Shown in pieces: positions 18,538 to 27,183 of a DNA stretch of 64,000 bases. The notes below the pieces were generated by a model. The model made no database searches, was not told the origin of the DNA, and saw nothing but the letters and a program-made list of their open reading frames with translations. Position numbers and translations under genes: made by a program. Origin of the DNA: a virus; the IMG/VR virus record IMGVR_UViG_3300005841_000001, positions 1 to 64,000 of that record; one strand, 5' to 3'. Every line of letters starts with the position of its first letter. Positions within the stretch are counted from its first letter, which is position 1.

Positions 18538-19367
18538 GCGGGTGCGGCCTCCCGCTCTTCGGCGTCGCCGACGGAGAAGCCGCCACCGACGGCCGGGCCG
18601 TCGTGCTCGAACACCGGCGGCGCCTCGTCGATCAGCTCCTTGATGTAGGAGCGGTAGGCGACGATCGCTTCCTGCTCGTTCTCGCCGAGCGGCACGGCTT
18701 CCTCGTCGGCGGCCACGACGATCTTGTTGAACACCTGGCCAGTCGCGTTGGTGGCCTTCTCCAGCGTGAACTCCAGCGGCACCAGCCACCAGCCCTGCTG
18801 CGCCATCGCCATCGAGACCAGGAAGTCCTTCAGGCCGCCGATCGAGGACGTGGGGGCCGAGATCACGATCGGCAGCAGCAGGCCCTTCAGCACGACGAAC
18901 AGCCGGCGAGACTCCTTGCAGGCCGGCTGCTTGCCGCCCTTGAGGTCGGTGCCCTTCTGCGCCATCGGGCAGTTCGCGCACAGGCCCGTCGGGTTCTGCT
19001 CCGAGCCTTCGGCGAACATGCCGCCCGGGTCGGCCTTGCGGTTGTCCCGCGCCGAGCAGACCGGCGGGACACCGGTCGGGTCGGGATTGGTCCAGAACGC
19101 GCGCTGCGCGACGTAGTGGACCATGAAGCCCTTGATCCGCTTCGTGTTGACGGGGCGGCCGCCGACGATGTAGCTGAAGACGTCCGAGTCGCCCGACGGG
19201 CACTTGACCAACGGGAGGTTCCGCTGCTCCAGCGTCTCGTCGCCGAGGATCGCCATCATCATTTCCATGGTCTCGCGCGTGGGCGCGATGGCCGGGTAGT
19301 TCGTCGCGAAGTCCGCCGCGACCGCGAGTTCGCGGCCGGAGTGGAGAACGACGTCTGTGGTGGTCAT
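18534..19367 (-). CDS. conserved phage replication protein (putative ssDNA-binding)
   Basis: C...CxxCP...ACK Zn motif, acidic C-terminus, directly upstream of the primase. Confidence 0.5.
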   Translation of the reverse strand: MTTTDVVLHSGRELAVAADFATNYPAIAPTRETMEMMMAILGDETLEQRNLPLVKCPSGDSDVFSYIVGGRPVNTKRIKGFMVHYVAQRAFWTNPDPTGVPPVCSARDNRKADPGGMFAEGSEQNPTGLCANCPMAQKGTDLKGGKQPACKESRRLFVVLKGLLLPIVISAPTSSIGGLKDFLVSMAMAQQGWWLVPLEFTLEKATNATGQVFNKIVVAADEEAVPLGENEQEAIVAYRSYIKELIDEAPPVFEHDGPAVGGGFSVGDAEEREAAPA

Positions 19368-19510
19368 GAGGGGTGAAGCTCCCTTCGGATGGGTCAGGAA
19401 ACCGTTTGCCGAGGTGGCTCCGGCGGCAACGGGAGCGAGGCGTCCGGGCAGACTAACCCCGCGTTCCGGGCCCTCGGCGCGCGGCGCGCGGGGGGTCCGG
19501 AGACTGGGAG

Positions 19511-20119
19511 TCAGGCCGAGACGCGGACCTGCGCGCGACCGCCGGAGCGCTTCTTCCCGGCCGGCACGATGCCGATGTAGAAGGTCTCCTTGAACTCGAT
19601 CAGCTCGGCGAGCTTCTCGGGGATCGGCACCTTCTTCTCGCGCATCTCGGTGAGGATGGCGAGCAGCGTCTGGTAGTTGAACGTGTCCTTGACGATGTGG
19701 CCCAGCCCGACCTCGTCGAGCACAGGCACCATGTCGTCGACGCTGACGCCGTCCTTGCGGCTGTAGGACGTCCGCGGGCGGAACGAGGCGGTGTAGCCGT
19801 CGATGGTGTCCGCGGTGCGTCCGACGGTGACCCAGGCTTCTTGAATCGCCTTGTCGAGGAGCGCTTCCTCGCGCTCGTGAGCCTTGATCGCGGCCTTGCC
19901 GGACTTGATCGCGGCCTTGATCCAGGTCAGGCGACGAACCATGTCCTCGGGCGTGGCCGGGTTGGCGGCCGGGATGACGCCGCTGGAGGACTCCGGCGCG
20001 TCGACGGGTACCAGCCGGTAACCGTATTCGGCGGCGAGATCGGCCAGCTGTTCGATGTCGGATTCGTGATCTTCGCCGGGGGTGTAGTTCGCGGCGAGTT
20101 CATCCGGGGTGATGGCCAC
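19511..20119 (-). CDS. hypothetical protein (replication module)
   Basis: AAGGAGG RBS; first gene after element 3. Confidence 0.75.
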   Translation of the reverse strand: MAITPDELAANYTPGEDHESDIEQLADLAAEYGYRLVPVDAPESSSGVIPAANPATPEDMVRRLTWIKAAIKSGKAAIKAHEREEALLDKAIQEAWVTVGRTADTIDGYTASFRPRTSYSRKDGVSVDDMVPVLDEVGLGHIVKDTFNYQTLLAILTEMREKKVPIPEKLAELIEFKETFYIGIVPAGKKRSGGRAQVRVSA

Positions 20120-20148
20120 GGACGCCCTCCTTCGGTTCGGATGAGGCG

Positions 20149-20177
20149 AGACTAGCCGAGTTGCTACGGCGAGTCAA
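20149..20177 (-). promoter_or_regulatory. operator-promoter element 3
   Basis: TTGACT-CGCCGTAGCAACTCGGC-TAGTCT. Confidence 0.85.
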
Positions 20178-20442
20178 CCTCACCCTCGGTGGTGTCGGCC
20201 GGAGGTTCCAAGATCGCCCGCCCGGCCGGGGTCAGCACCATCTTCACCGTCCGGTCATCCCCCTCGGTGTCGATGAGGCCGTGGTTGCGAAGCTCGGCGT
20301 AGGTCCGCCGGTCCCAGTTGCCGATCGCCTCGCCGTCGCGGTGGTAGAGCGCCACCACGGGCTCGAAGGTCACCCGGCCGTCCCGGACGTCCTCGAGCCC
20401 GGTGCGCCGGCGCTCGGTCATGTTCAGGGGGGCGTCAGCCAT
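20164..20442 (-). CDS. winged-helix-like hypothetical protein
   Basis: L-x-x-x-GLI...LTPAGR. Confidence 0.6.
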   Translation of the reverse strand: MADAPLNMTERRRTGLEDVRDGRVTFEPVVALYHRDGEAIGNWDRRTYAELRNHGLIDTEGDDRTVKMVLTPAGRAILEPPADTTEGEVDSP

Positions 20443-20764
20443 CGTTTCCACCTGCGTCTCCTCCGTCGTTCTCGTGTTCGTCGAGCAAGGTCCGCACGAG
20501 CGCGGCGGCTTGCGTGATCCCCCCAGCGCCGGACGTGTAGCCGGCAAGCATCATGATCACCATCAGGTCGTTCTCGTCAAACGCGGCGGCCGGCTCGCCG
20601 TTGACGAGCCGGCCGGCGGTCGCCTCGGCGGCGGCCGCGATCGTGCGCAACGCCTCGGGCAGCGCACCCTCGGTGTCGGCCGCCACCTGCCGCACCTCGG
20701 CGGCGAAAGTGCGCAGGTCCTGCAACGCCGGCGCAAGGAACTCGGCGGCGAACTCGACCGTCAC
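20435..20764 (-). CDS. hypothetical protein
   Basis: GTGA overlap. Confidence 0.6.
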   Translation of the reverse strand: MTVEFAAEFLAPALQDLRTFAAEVRQVAADTEGALPEALRTIAAAAEATAGRLVNGEPAAAFDENDLMVIMMLAGYTSGAGGITQAAALVRTLLDEHENDGGDAGGNDG

Positions 20765-20949
20765 GACGGCACCGCCGGCTGCTTCGGCTTCGGGAACGCC
20801 GGCTGGCCAGACCCCTTGCAGGCCGAGACCATCGACCCACTGAAGTTCTTGCCGTAGGGCTGGTGACGCCAGATGTTCCCGGCGTTGGTGACGCGGCGGC
20901 CGCCCCGCTTGCACACGGGGCACATCACGGTCTTGCGCGGGGTGGTCAT
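20761..20949 (-). CDS. small Zn-binding hypothetical protein
   Basis: CPVC...H...C-x-GSG. Confidence 0.65.
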   Translation of the reverse strand: MTTPRKTVMCPVCKRGGRRVTNAGNIWRHQPYGKNFSGSMVSACKGSGQPAFPKPKQPAVPS

Positions 20950-21278
20950 ACCGGATCCGGGCTGTGGCCGCTGTAGCGCCGAATGAGGTCGTCGTTCAGG
21001 GGCAGGACGGCTGTCGCGGCGGCGATCAGGCCCCGACCGATGTCCGAGCACAGGCGGGCCTCGGCGATGTTGCGCTGCTGGAGCAGCTTGTCCGCGGCGA
21101 AGCTCACCTCCTTGGCCTCATGCGAGGCCGAGGCAGGGGGCGCGTCGACCGTCTCGAACATCGTCGCGTCGTCGACCGCCATCCGGGCCGCGCGCTCGAG
21201 CCAGGTCAGGCCGGCGGCGTGCAGCTGGCCGGCCGGCAGGTTCTTGAACTCGATCGGCGGGGCGTCGTGTGTCGTCAT
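20946..21278 (-). CDS. hypothetical protein
   Basis: GGAGG RBS, ATGA overlap. Confidence 0.65.
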   Translation of the reverse strand: MTTHDAPPIEFKNLPAGQLHAAGLTWLERAARMAVDDATMFETVDAPPASASHEAKEVSFAADKLLQQRNIAEARLCSDIGRGLIAAATAVLPLNDDLIRRYSGHSPDPV

Positions 21279-21378
21279 GCGGCCCTCCAGGCGGTGAACA
21301 GGTCGACCCGCAGGGCGAGGCAGAACAACACGGCGCCGCGCAACAGCGCAAGACGCGTGGGCCTGCGATGGCGGGCCA

Positions 21379-21630
21379 TCACACGGACACCTTGACCAGG
21401 AAGCGACGCCGCCACACATCGTGTGAGAGGACCTCGAGGTCGCCACCGCCGTAGCTGATCAGCCACTGACCGGGGACCAGGTAGAACCTCTGCCCGCCCA
21501 CGGTCACGTTGACCTGGCCGGACGGCCGGCGCTCGACGTCGCCGCCGAGGGTGGTCACGAAGACCGCGAACGCCTCGACGTTGTCGACCTGCTCGCCGGT
21601 GATGGTGTCGGCCATTTCGAGGACCTTCAC
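21379..21630 (-). CDS. hypothetical protein
   Basis: GTGA overlap. Confidence 0.6.
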   Translation of the reverse strand: MKVLEMADTITGEQVDNVEAFAVFVTTLGGDVERRPSGQVNVTVGGQRFYLVPGQWLISYGGGDLEVLSHDVWRRRFLVKVSV

Positions 21631-22331
21631 GGGCACCCCCGCAGGGTGTCGGCCAGCGCGGTACGGGTGGCGGCCAGCGCGGGCAGCTCGTAGGCCTTGA
21701 GGATGGTCACGTACATCCGGGCGTACTCGCAGCGGGCGGGCGGCGCCGGCATCCAGCGGTCGGGGGTCTTGTCGCCCTTGACGTGCTGGTTGGTCTGGTC
21801 GTCGACGGCCAGCAGGTTGCGGGGGTCGTTGGCGAGCCGGATGCGGGGGCGCGCCTGCCAGGCGTAGGCGCCGGAGACCCAGGCGACCTTGAGCGGGACG
21901 ACGTGATCGACGTCGATCTGGCCGCGGCCGACGACGTGCTTGCCGGCGTAGGGCTCGGTCATGTCGATGGCGATGACGGTGCAGCCGTTGGACGTCTGCA
22001 CGGATCCGCCGGAGCGACGGGCGTCGCGGGCGAGGATGTCGTCTCGGGTGTCGCAGCCGTTGCCGTCGGTGTCGAGCCAGGGGGTGCCGAAGGCGTCCCG
22101 GTCGTAACGCGGCGGCGTGGCCGGGCGGCCGAGGGCCGGCGCGGCGCGGTCGAGAACGGTGATGTAGGGGATTTCCGCACGGGCGGCGGCGGCGGACAGC
22201 GTGCCGGCCGGCGGTTCGAGGGCGGTCGGGCCGGGTTCGTCGGCGTTGGCGCGCACGGCGAACCCGGCGATGACGGCCGCCGCGATCAAGACGCCGCCGA
22301 TGATCCACGACGGCTTGTCCTTGATGGGCAT
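21627..22331 (-). CDS. secreted HNH endonuclease (DUF1524/GmrSD C-terminal-like)
   Basis: Signal peptide; YDR-x-x-FG-x-x-W-x-D-x-D-x-NGCDTR-x-x-IL-x-RD, DHVVPL, AND-x-x-NLLAV, N-x-x-x-KGD. Confidence 0.85.
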   Translation of the reverse strand: MPIKDKPSWIIGGVLIAAAVIAGFAVRANADEPGPTALEPPAGTLSAAAARAEIPYITVLDRAAPALGRPATPPRYDRDAFGTPWLDTDGNGCDTRDDILARDARRSGGSVQTSNGCTVIAIDMTEPYAGKHVVGRGQIDVDHVVPLKVAWVSGAYAWQARPRIRLANDPRNLLAVDDQTNQHVKGDKTPDRWMPAPPARCEYARMYVTILKAYELPALAATRTALADTLRGCP

Positions 22332-22364
22332 GATGGCCTCGTTTCAGGGGGTCAAAGTCAAGCA

Positions 22365-22393
22365 ATCCTAACCGAGCTGTCTCGGCTAGTCAA
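22365..22393 (-). promoter_or_regulatory. operator-promoter element 4
   Basis: TTGACT-AGCCGAGACAGCTCGGT-TAGGAT. Confidence 0.8.
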
Positions 22394-23198
22394 CGAGCGA
22401 GCCGACCGGGACCAGCGGGAAGAACGGCGCCTCGGCGCGGCAGGACGCGGCCGCTTCCGGATCGCCGGCGCGGGCGAAGTAGTCGGCCAGGCCGATCTTC
22501 TGTGTGTGGTACCACTGCCGCTGGTAGGTCTGGAGCTGCTCCAGCGTCATATCGGCGAGCCTTTGCCGGTTCCGTCGCACAGTGGCGTCGTCGCCCGGCT
22601 GCTCGAACGGCAGGCCGCGGGCCACCGCGATCGTCGCGATGACGTCGTTGGTGGCGTTGTGGGCGTCCTTCAGTTCGAAGCCGTAGCGCGCGGCGGTGGG
22701 CGTGAGCTTCCGCATGCCCTTGCCCTTGACCCACTTGTTGACGGCCTTGTCGATGGTCAGCGGGCACAGGACCGGCAAGTCTGGCTTCCGCTCGATCAGC
22801 GGACGGACGCCGTACCGGCGTTGCTCGCGGTCGGACATCGACAGGTCGAACGGCGCATTAAAGATCACCAGCGGGATCCCGGGCTGCAACATCTCGTCGA
22901 GGGTGTCGGTAATCTCGCCGATCGCCTCGGCCGGATCCTGCCCGTGCTCGCGCAGCTCCTCGTTCGTGATCCCGTGGATGTCGACCACCTCGGGCGCGAG
23001 CTCGACGCCGGGGTTGATCAGCCACTCGAGGATCTTCGTTTCGAAGCCGGGTTCGGAGTAAGCCACCGTTGCGCTGACGATTCGATCCTTGTCGCGCTTG
23101 ACGCCCGAGGTTTCGACGTCGTAGATGACGAATGGTCGCTGAAACCACGGGACGGTGTCGGCGGTGGCGTGCGCCCGCCACGGGTAGGTCACGGTCAT
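22386..23198 (-). CDS. DnaQ-like 3'-5' exonuclease (Pol III epsilon family)
   Basis: YDVETSG, DRIV, INPG, IHGIT, FNAPFDL, AH-x-A-x-x-D; GAGGAG RBS. Confidence 0.9.
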   Translation of the reverse strand: MTVTYPWRAHATADTVPWFQRPFVIYDVETSGVKRDKDRIVSATVAYSEPGFETKILEWLINPGVELAPEVVDIHGITNEELREHGQDPAEAIGEITDTLDEMLQPGIPLVIFNAPFDLSMSDREQRRYGVRPLIERKPDLPVLCPLTIDKAVNKWVKGKGMRKLTPTAARYGFELKDAHNATNDVIATIAVARGLPFEQPGDDATVRRNRQRLADMTLEQLQTYQRQWYHTQKIGLADYFARAGDPEAAASCRAEAPFFPLVPVGSLVD

Positions 23199-23238
23199 GA
23201 GCTGGAGCTCCTCGCGAGTGATGGTCGTGGGAGAGCCC

Positions 23239-23260
23239 AGCATAGGGAGAAACACCGACA
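23239..23260 (-). promoter_or_regulatory. RecA-NDp/PafBC-type DNA-damage promoter
   Basis: TGTCGGTG-N8-TATGCT, matching the actinobacterial TGTCGG-N10-TA-N3-T consensus. Confidence 0.6.
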
Positions 23261-23279
23261 GAACTCGGAGAGACACGAC

Positions 23280-23314
23280 GAAGCCCCCGGCGCTGGGGGT
23301 CCACCGGGGGCTTC
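23280..23314 (-). terminator. hairpin terminator
   Basis: GAAGCCCCCGG...CCGGGGGCTTC after ORF 23349-23657. Confidence 0.6.
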
Positions 23315-23348
23315 AATCGATCCGAACAGGGTGCCGTGCGCGGCCAGT

Positions 23349-23657
23349 CTAGCCGACGGAAGCCGGTTCGTCTTCCCCCGGTTTCGGCGCCTTGTCCGTC
23401 ACCCGGATGAAGTAGCGCTTCTCGACCTCGACGTAGGTAGCCACCAGGAAGATGCCAGGACGCACCAACACGTCGGCTTCCGTGGCTTCCGTGACGTGGC
23501 CCGCCGAGGCCGCGGCCTGTACTGTCACAGACTCGGTGATCTTGATGCGCAGACGGTCGTCCGGCTCCACGCTCGCGTCGATGCCCTTGCCGCCGAGCCA
23601 CTGCACCACGGTCGGACCGTTGGTCCTCGACAGCGGCATGTATTCCACATTGGTCAC
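23349..23657 (-). CDS. hypothetical protein
   Basis: GGAGG RBS, coupled to the helicase. Confidence 0.65.
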   Translation of the reverse strand: MTNVEYMPLSRTNGPTVVQWLGGKGIDASVEPDDRLRIKITESVTVQAAASAGHVTEATEADVLVRPGIFLVATYVEVEKRYFIRVTDKAPKPGEDEPASVG

Positions 23658-26005
23658 TAGAAGCCCTCCAAATCGAACTGCTGAAGCGTGGCGGCGTCCG
23701 CGACCACGCGTCCCTCCGCGTCGTGCTCACGGGGAGCCACGCGAGGAGCCATGACGTTATGCCCGAATTCGTCGATCGGCAGCACCACCGCGCCACCAGA
23801 GCGTTGACCCATGTCGTCCGGCGCCGGCGGCATCGGGTCGACGATGGTCGGATCGACCCCGAACGCGCGCGGGTTCAAGCCGCGACGCTCACACGACACC
23901 GCAACCAGGTTGCGACGCTGCACGATGGTGTCGCGCACGTCGAGGTCGACGGTGCCCGAGACGTACAGGTGGATGAAGACCACCGGCCGGGTCTGCCCGT
24001 GCCGATGCTGACGCGCCCGGGCCTGGTCGTAGTCGCCGACGCTCGGGCCCTTTGAGTACCAGATCCCGTACCGGGCGCGGGTGAGGTCGACGCCGGTGCC
24101 GCCGGCGGAGATCTGGACCGCGCAGATGTCGATGTCCGGATTGAGCTCCGAGGTCTCGGTGAGCCCGTCGGAGCGTCGGCCGGAGATCTCGCCGTAGCGC
24201 AGACCCGCCTTCGCGGCGAGCTGTCGGATGATCTCGATCTCGTCCTTGAAGTGCGCGTAGACGATCACCGGTTCGGGCCCGCCCGGATGACCAGGCACGC
24301 AACCGATTTCGTCCAGGATCCCGCCGGTGATGGCGTGCGTGCCGTCGCCGCGGGCCTGCGGGGCGAACTCGACGATCTCGTTTTCCTTGGCCCAGGACAC
24401 CCGGTGCTTGCCGCCGGACTCGCCCTCGCTGACCACGAAGTCGTCGTCGGGGACGGTGCCACCGGTGAACTGCATGAGCCGGATGTTGCGTGAGAGCACG
24501 TTCTTCGGGGTGAGCGTCTCGTCTCCGTCCGACCAGTCGGAGGCGAAACCGGAGAGGTCCGCCCACATCTCCTTGTCCAACGATGCGTACTCGCGCGCGG
24601 CCTTCGCCTCGAGCTCGACGAACCGTTCGACGTCGGTCAGTGGCGGCAAGTCGAGCTTGATCGTCGGCCGGTACATGATCGAGTGCACTTTTTCGGCGAA
24701 CTCGGTTCGCTTTTCCGAGAGGATTTTCACCGGCCAGCTCCGGGCCCTGCGGCCGGGGATGACGTTCTCGTCCTTTTCGGTGGCCTCGAACACGTACTGG
24801 GACTTGAACACCGTCCACAATGAACCGAAGATGCCGGGATCCAGCGCGCGGTAGACGCCGAAGATGTCCCACGGGTATTGCGGCATCGGCGTACCGGACA
24901 GCCCGATCCGGTTACGGGTGAACCCGACCCACTCCGCGAGGTTCGTGCTCACCGTTCCAGTTGGCGACTTCGCGCGATGGACCTCGTCGTAGATGCCGAG
25001 GTCGAGCATCTCCGGCGGTCGCCATGTCGAGGCCGGCGCGTGCGCCAACATCTCGTAGTTCCACACCGCGAAATGCGCCTGCGCACCACAGGTGCAGTCG
25101 AACAGGGTGGCCTCGGTCTCGTGCACCCGGTCCACGATGGACAGGTCCTGGTAACGGAAGCCCTTGCGCTTGGGGGGTCGTTTGCCGTCGACGATGTGCC
25201 ATGACCGCGCCGACCATTTCGCCACCTCGCGCGGCCACACCCCGCGCACCTTGTTGGGGCAGATGATGATGCCGCGTTTGACCTCTATCAGGTTGGCCGC
25301 CGCGATCGCCGTCGCAGTCTTGCCGCCGCCCATCGTGAAGCCCAGCAGGCTCGCAGCCGCGTGCGTGGTGAAGTCCACCCCGCGCAGCTGATAGTCGCGC
25401 AACGTCGGGTTCAGGACGAGCCGGCGCTGCTCGAGCTCGGGTAGCGGATGCGTGGGGTCGAGCCGCTCGTAAGCAGCGATGCGGGCCATGTGCTGATCGG
25501 CCAGCTCGCGCACCCGCGAGGAAGCATTGACCGGCATGCCGTGCAACAGTCCCAGCAACCCGGCCGCGCTCGCCGGCGACGCCGGGATCGACCAGGTCGC
25601 CCGCGGCCGGGTCTTGGTGGCCGGGTGGAACTGCGCGTAGAGCCCGAGCTTCAGCGCCTCGTTCAGCGACATGGGTGAGTTCCGGATGTCGATCCGGCCG
25701 TCCGGGCGCAGCGCGAGTTCGATCGGGCGATCGGCACGGTGCTGCTCGGCGGCCGGCACGACGGGCTCGGGCTGCCTGCGTCCGGGCAGAATGAGCCCCA
25801 TCCGCGCCAGGCCGGCCTCGTTGCGGGCGAGGATCCGCCACGCTTGGCGACCCTCGTCGGAGGTCAGCCCGCGACCGGACTTCACGTGGGCAGCCAGCAT
25901 GGCGGCCATGGGGCGCTCGGTGAACCCGATGATGTTCGCGTCGAACGCCTTGACCAGCGTCGCCTCGGTCTCGCGCAGCAGCTCGAGCGGGGTGGGCCCG
26001 GTCAT
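23657..26005 (-). CDS. SNF2-family SF2 helicase
   Basis: LRDYQ, MGGGKT, DEVH, LSGTP, GVDLT, Q-x-x-AR-x-HR-x-GQ. Confidence 0.92.
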   Translation of the reverse strand: MTGPTPLELLRETEATLVKAFDANIIGFTERPMAAMLAAHVKSGRGLTSDEGRQAWRILARNEAGLARMGLILPGRRQPEPVVPAAEQHRADRPIELALRPDGRIDIRNSPMSLNEALKLGLYAQFHPATKTRPRATWSIPASPASAAGLLGLLHGMPVNASSRVRELADQHMARIAAYERLDPTHPLPELEQRRLVLNPTLRDYQLRGVDFTTHAAASLLGFTMGGGKTATAIAAANLIEVKRGIIICPNKVRGVWPREVAKWSARSWHIVDGKRPPKRKGFRYQDLSIVDRVHETEATLFDCTCGAQAHFAVWNYEMLAHAPASTWRPPEMLDLGIYDEVHRAKSPTGTVSTNLAEWVGFTRNRIGLSGTPMPQYPWDIFGVYRALDPGIFGSLWTVFKSQYVFEATEKDENVIPGRRARSWPVKILSEKRTEFAEKVHSIMYRPTIKLDLPPLTDVERFVELEAKAAREYASLDKEMWADLSGFASDWSDGDETLTPKNVLSRNIRLMQFTGGTVPDDDFVVSEGESGGKHRVSWAKENEIVEFAPQARGDGTHAITGGILDEIGCVPGHPGGPEPVIVYAHFKDEIEIIRQLAAKAGLRYGEISGRRSDGLTETSELNPDIDICAVQISAGGTGVDLTRARYGIWYSKGPSVGDYDQARARQHRHGQTRPVVFIHLYVSGTVDLDVRDTIVQRRNLVAVSCERRGLNPRAFGVDPTIVDPMPPAPDDMGQRSGGAVVLPIDEFGHNVMAPRVAPREHDAEGRVVADAATLQQFDLEGF

Positions 26006-26544
26006 GCGGCGCGGGCCCGGATGCGACGTTCACGGCGGGCGGCCGCGCGGCTGTTGCGCTGCTGCGCGTTGTGCTTCGCCCGATGCCGCCGGTAGGCGGC
26101 ATCGCCGTCGGCGATCGCCTGCCAGCCGCGGTAGTTCTCGCGGGCCTCACGCATCCGCTCGGCGTGCTTCGGTCGGGCCTCGGCGGTGAGCACAGCGACT
26201 CGGTGCCCGCTCCAGCCGAGGGCCTCGCTCAGCTGGGTCATCGACCGGTCCGGCCGGTAGCCGTTGATCGCGGCGGCGTGCATCTCGTCGAGAACGACAC
26301 CGATCACGACCAGCGCTTCGGCGTGCGAGAGCTTCCGGGTTACCCGGTGGTAGTGGCCGGCCAGCACGCGCCGGACGATCTCGGTGTCCACCCAGTCCGG
26401 ATGCATGTCGATGCCCTCGTCGATCCATTCGGGCTCTTCGGCGTCCGGGTCATCGAGCAGGGAAATGTCGTACTTCTGTCGCATCCGCTCCTCCCGCTCG
26501 GCGAGCGTGGAAGTGCGGCGCGGGCGAGTGATGGTCGCCGTCAC
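26002..26544 (-). CDS. putative HTH DNA-binding protein
   Basis: SMTQLSEALGWS-x-x-RV HTH-like segment. Confidence 0.5.
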   Translation of the reverse strand: MTATITRPRRTSTLAEREERMRQKYDISLLDDPDAEEPEWIDEGIDMHPDWVDTEIVRRVLAGHYHRVTRKLSHAEALVVIGVVLDEMHAAAINGYRPDRSMTQLSEALGWSGHRVAVLTAEARPKHAERMREARENYRGWQAIADGDAAYRRHRAKHNAQQRNSRAAARRERRIRARAA

Positions 26545-26556
26545 GGCATGATCCTT

Positions 26557-27183
26557 TCAGCTGAGCTTGAGCCGATTGCCGAGCTGCTCGAGTTCGTCCC
26601 ACAGCTCGCGGCGGCCGGCGTGGTTGTCGGGGTGGGCCGCCCGACGGGCGCGGCGCCACATCGCATCGGCGGTCATGCTGCCCGCCGGCGCGTCAGCGAT
26701 CGCGGCGAGCCGGGCCCAGTCGCGGTCCACAGTGGCCGGCGAGGACTCGATAACACGCCAGCCGACGTACTGCTGCCCTTGACCGCCGCCGACGCCGTAA
26801 CGGTCGATCGCGCGCAACTTCTCCAGTGTCAACGCCAGTGCCCGCAGGTTCGCCTCCCAGCTCGGGCGCGAGCCGCGGGACAGGTAGGTGTCGCAGTAGA
26901 TCTCCATCGGCCCGAACTTCGAGGTGAAGGCGAGCGCGACGCCGGGGTGGATCGTGGCGGCGTGCGCGCGCAGCAGCCCGTCGCGACGCAGGTCGTCCGA
27001 GCCGTTCTTAGTGACGATGCGCAGCGCGGCCGCGGTCGCGTCGAGGTGATCCAGCTCCATCCGCAGGATGTCCAGCGTCTGCTCGTAGCGGGCGGTGAAC
27101 GGCGGGGCGACGCGCTGAGTGGTCTCCGGGTAAGGCCAGACGGCCAGCGGCTCGACCTGGACCCGGACGGTGCGGCGGCTCAC
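26557..27183 (-). CDS. protein with C-terminal J (DnaJ) domain
   Basis: W-x-ANLRALALTLE-x-LR-x-IDRYGV and RARR-x-x-HPD. Confidence 0.8.
   Translation of the reverse strand: MSRRTVRVQVEPLAVWPYPETTQRVAPPFTARYEQTLDILRMELDHLDATAAALRIVTKNGSDDLRRDGLLRAHAATIHPGVALAFTSKFGPMEIYCDTYLSRGSRPSWEANLRALALTLEKLRAIDRYGVGGGQGQQYVGWRVIESSPATVDRDWARLAAIADAPAGSMTADAMWRRARRAAHPDNHAGRRELWDELEQLGNRLKLS

Noticed and set aside
16243-19203. 986-aa primase as given in the ORF track
   Set aside because: The N-terminal ~220 codons overlap gene 18534-19367; the real start is most likely 18537
23346-23374. Additional element (GTCGGC-TAGACT on the - strand)
   Set aside because: Only a half-site at a stop codon, with no -35 box, and immediately followed by a terminator
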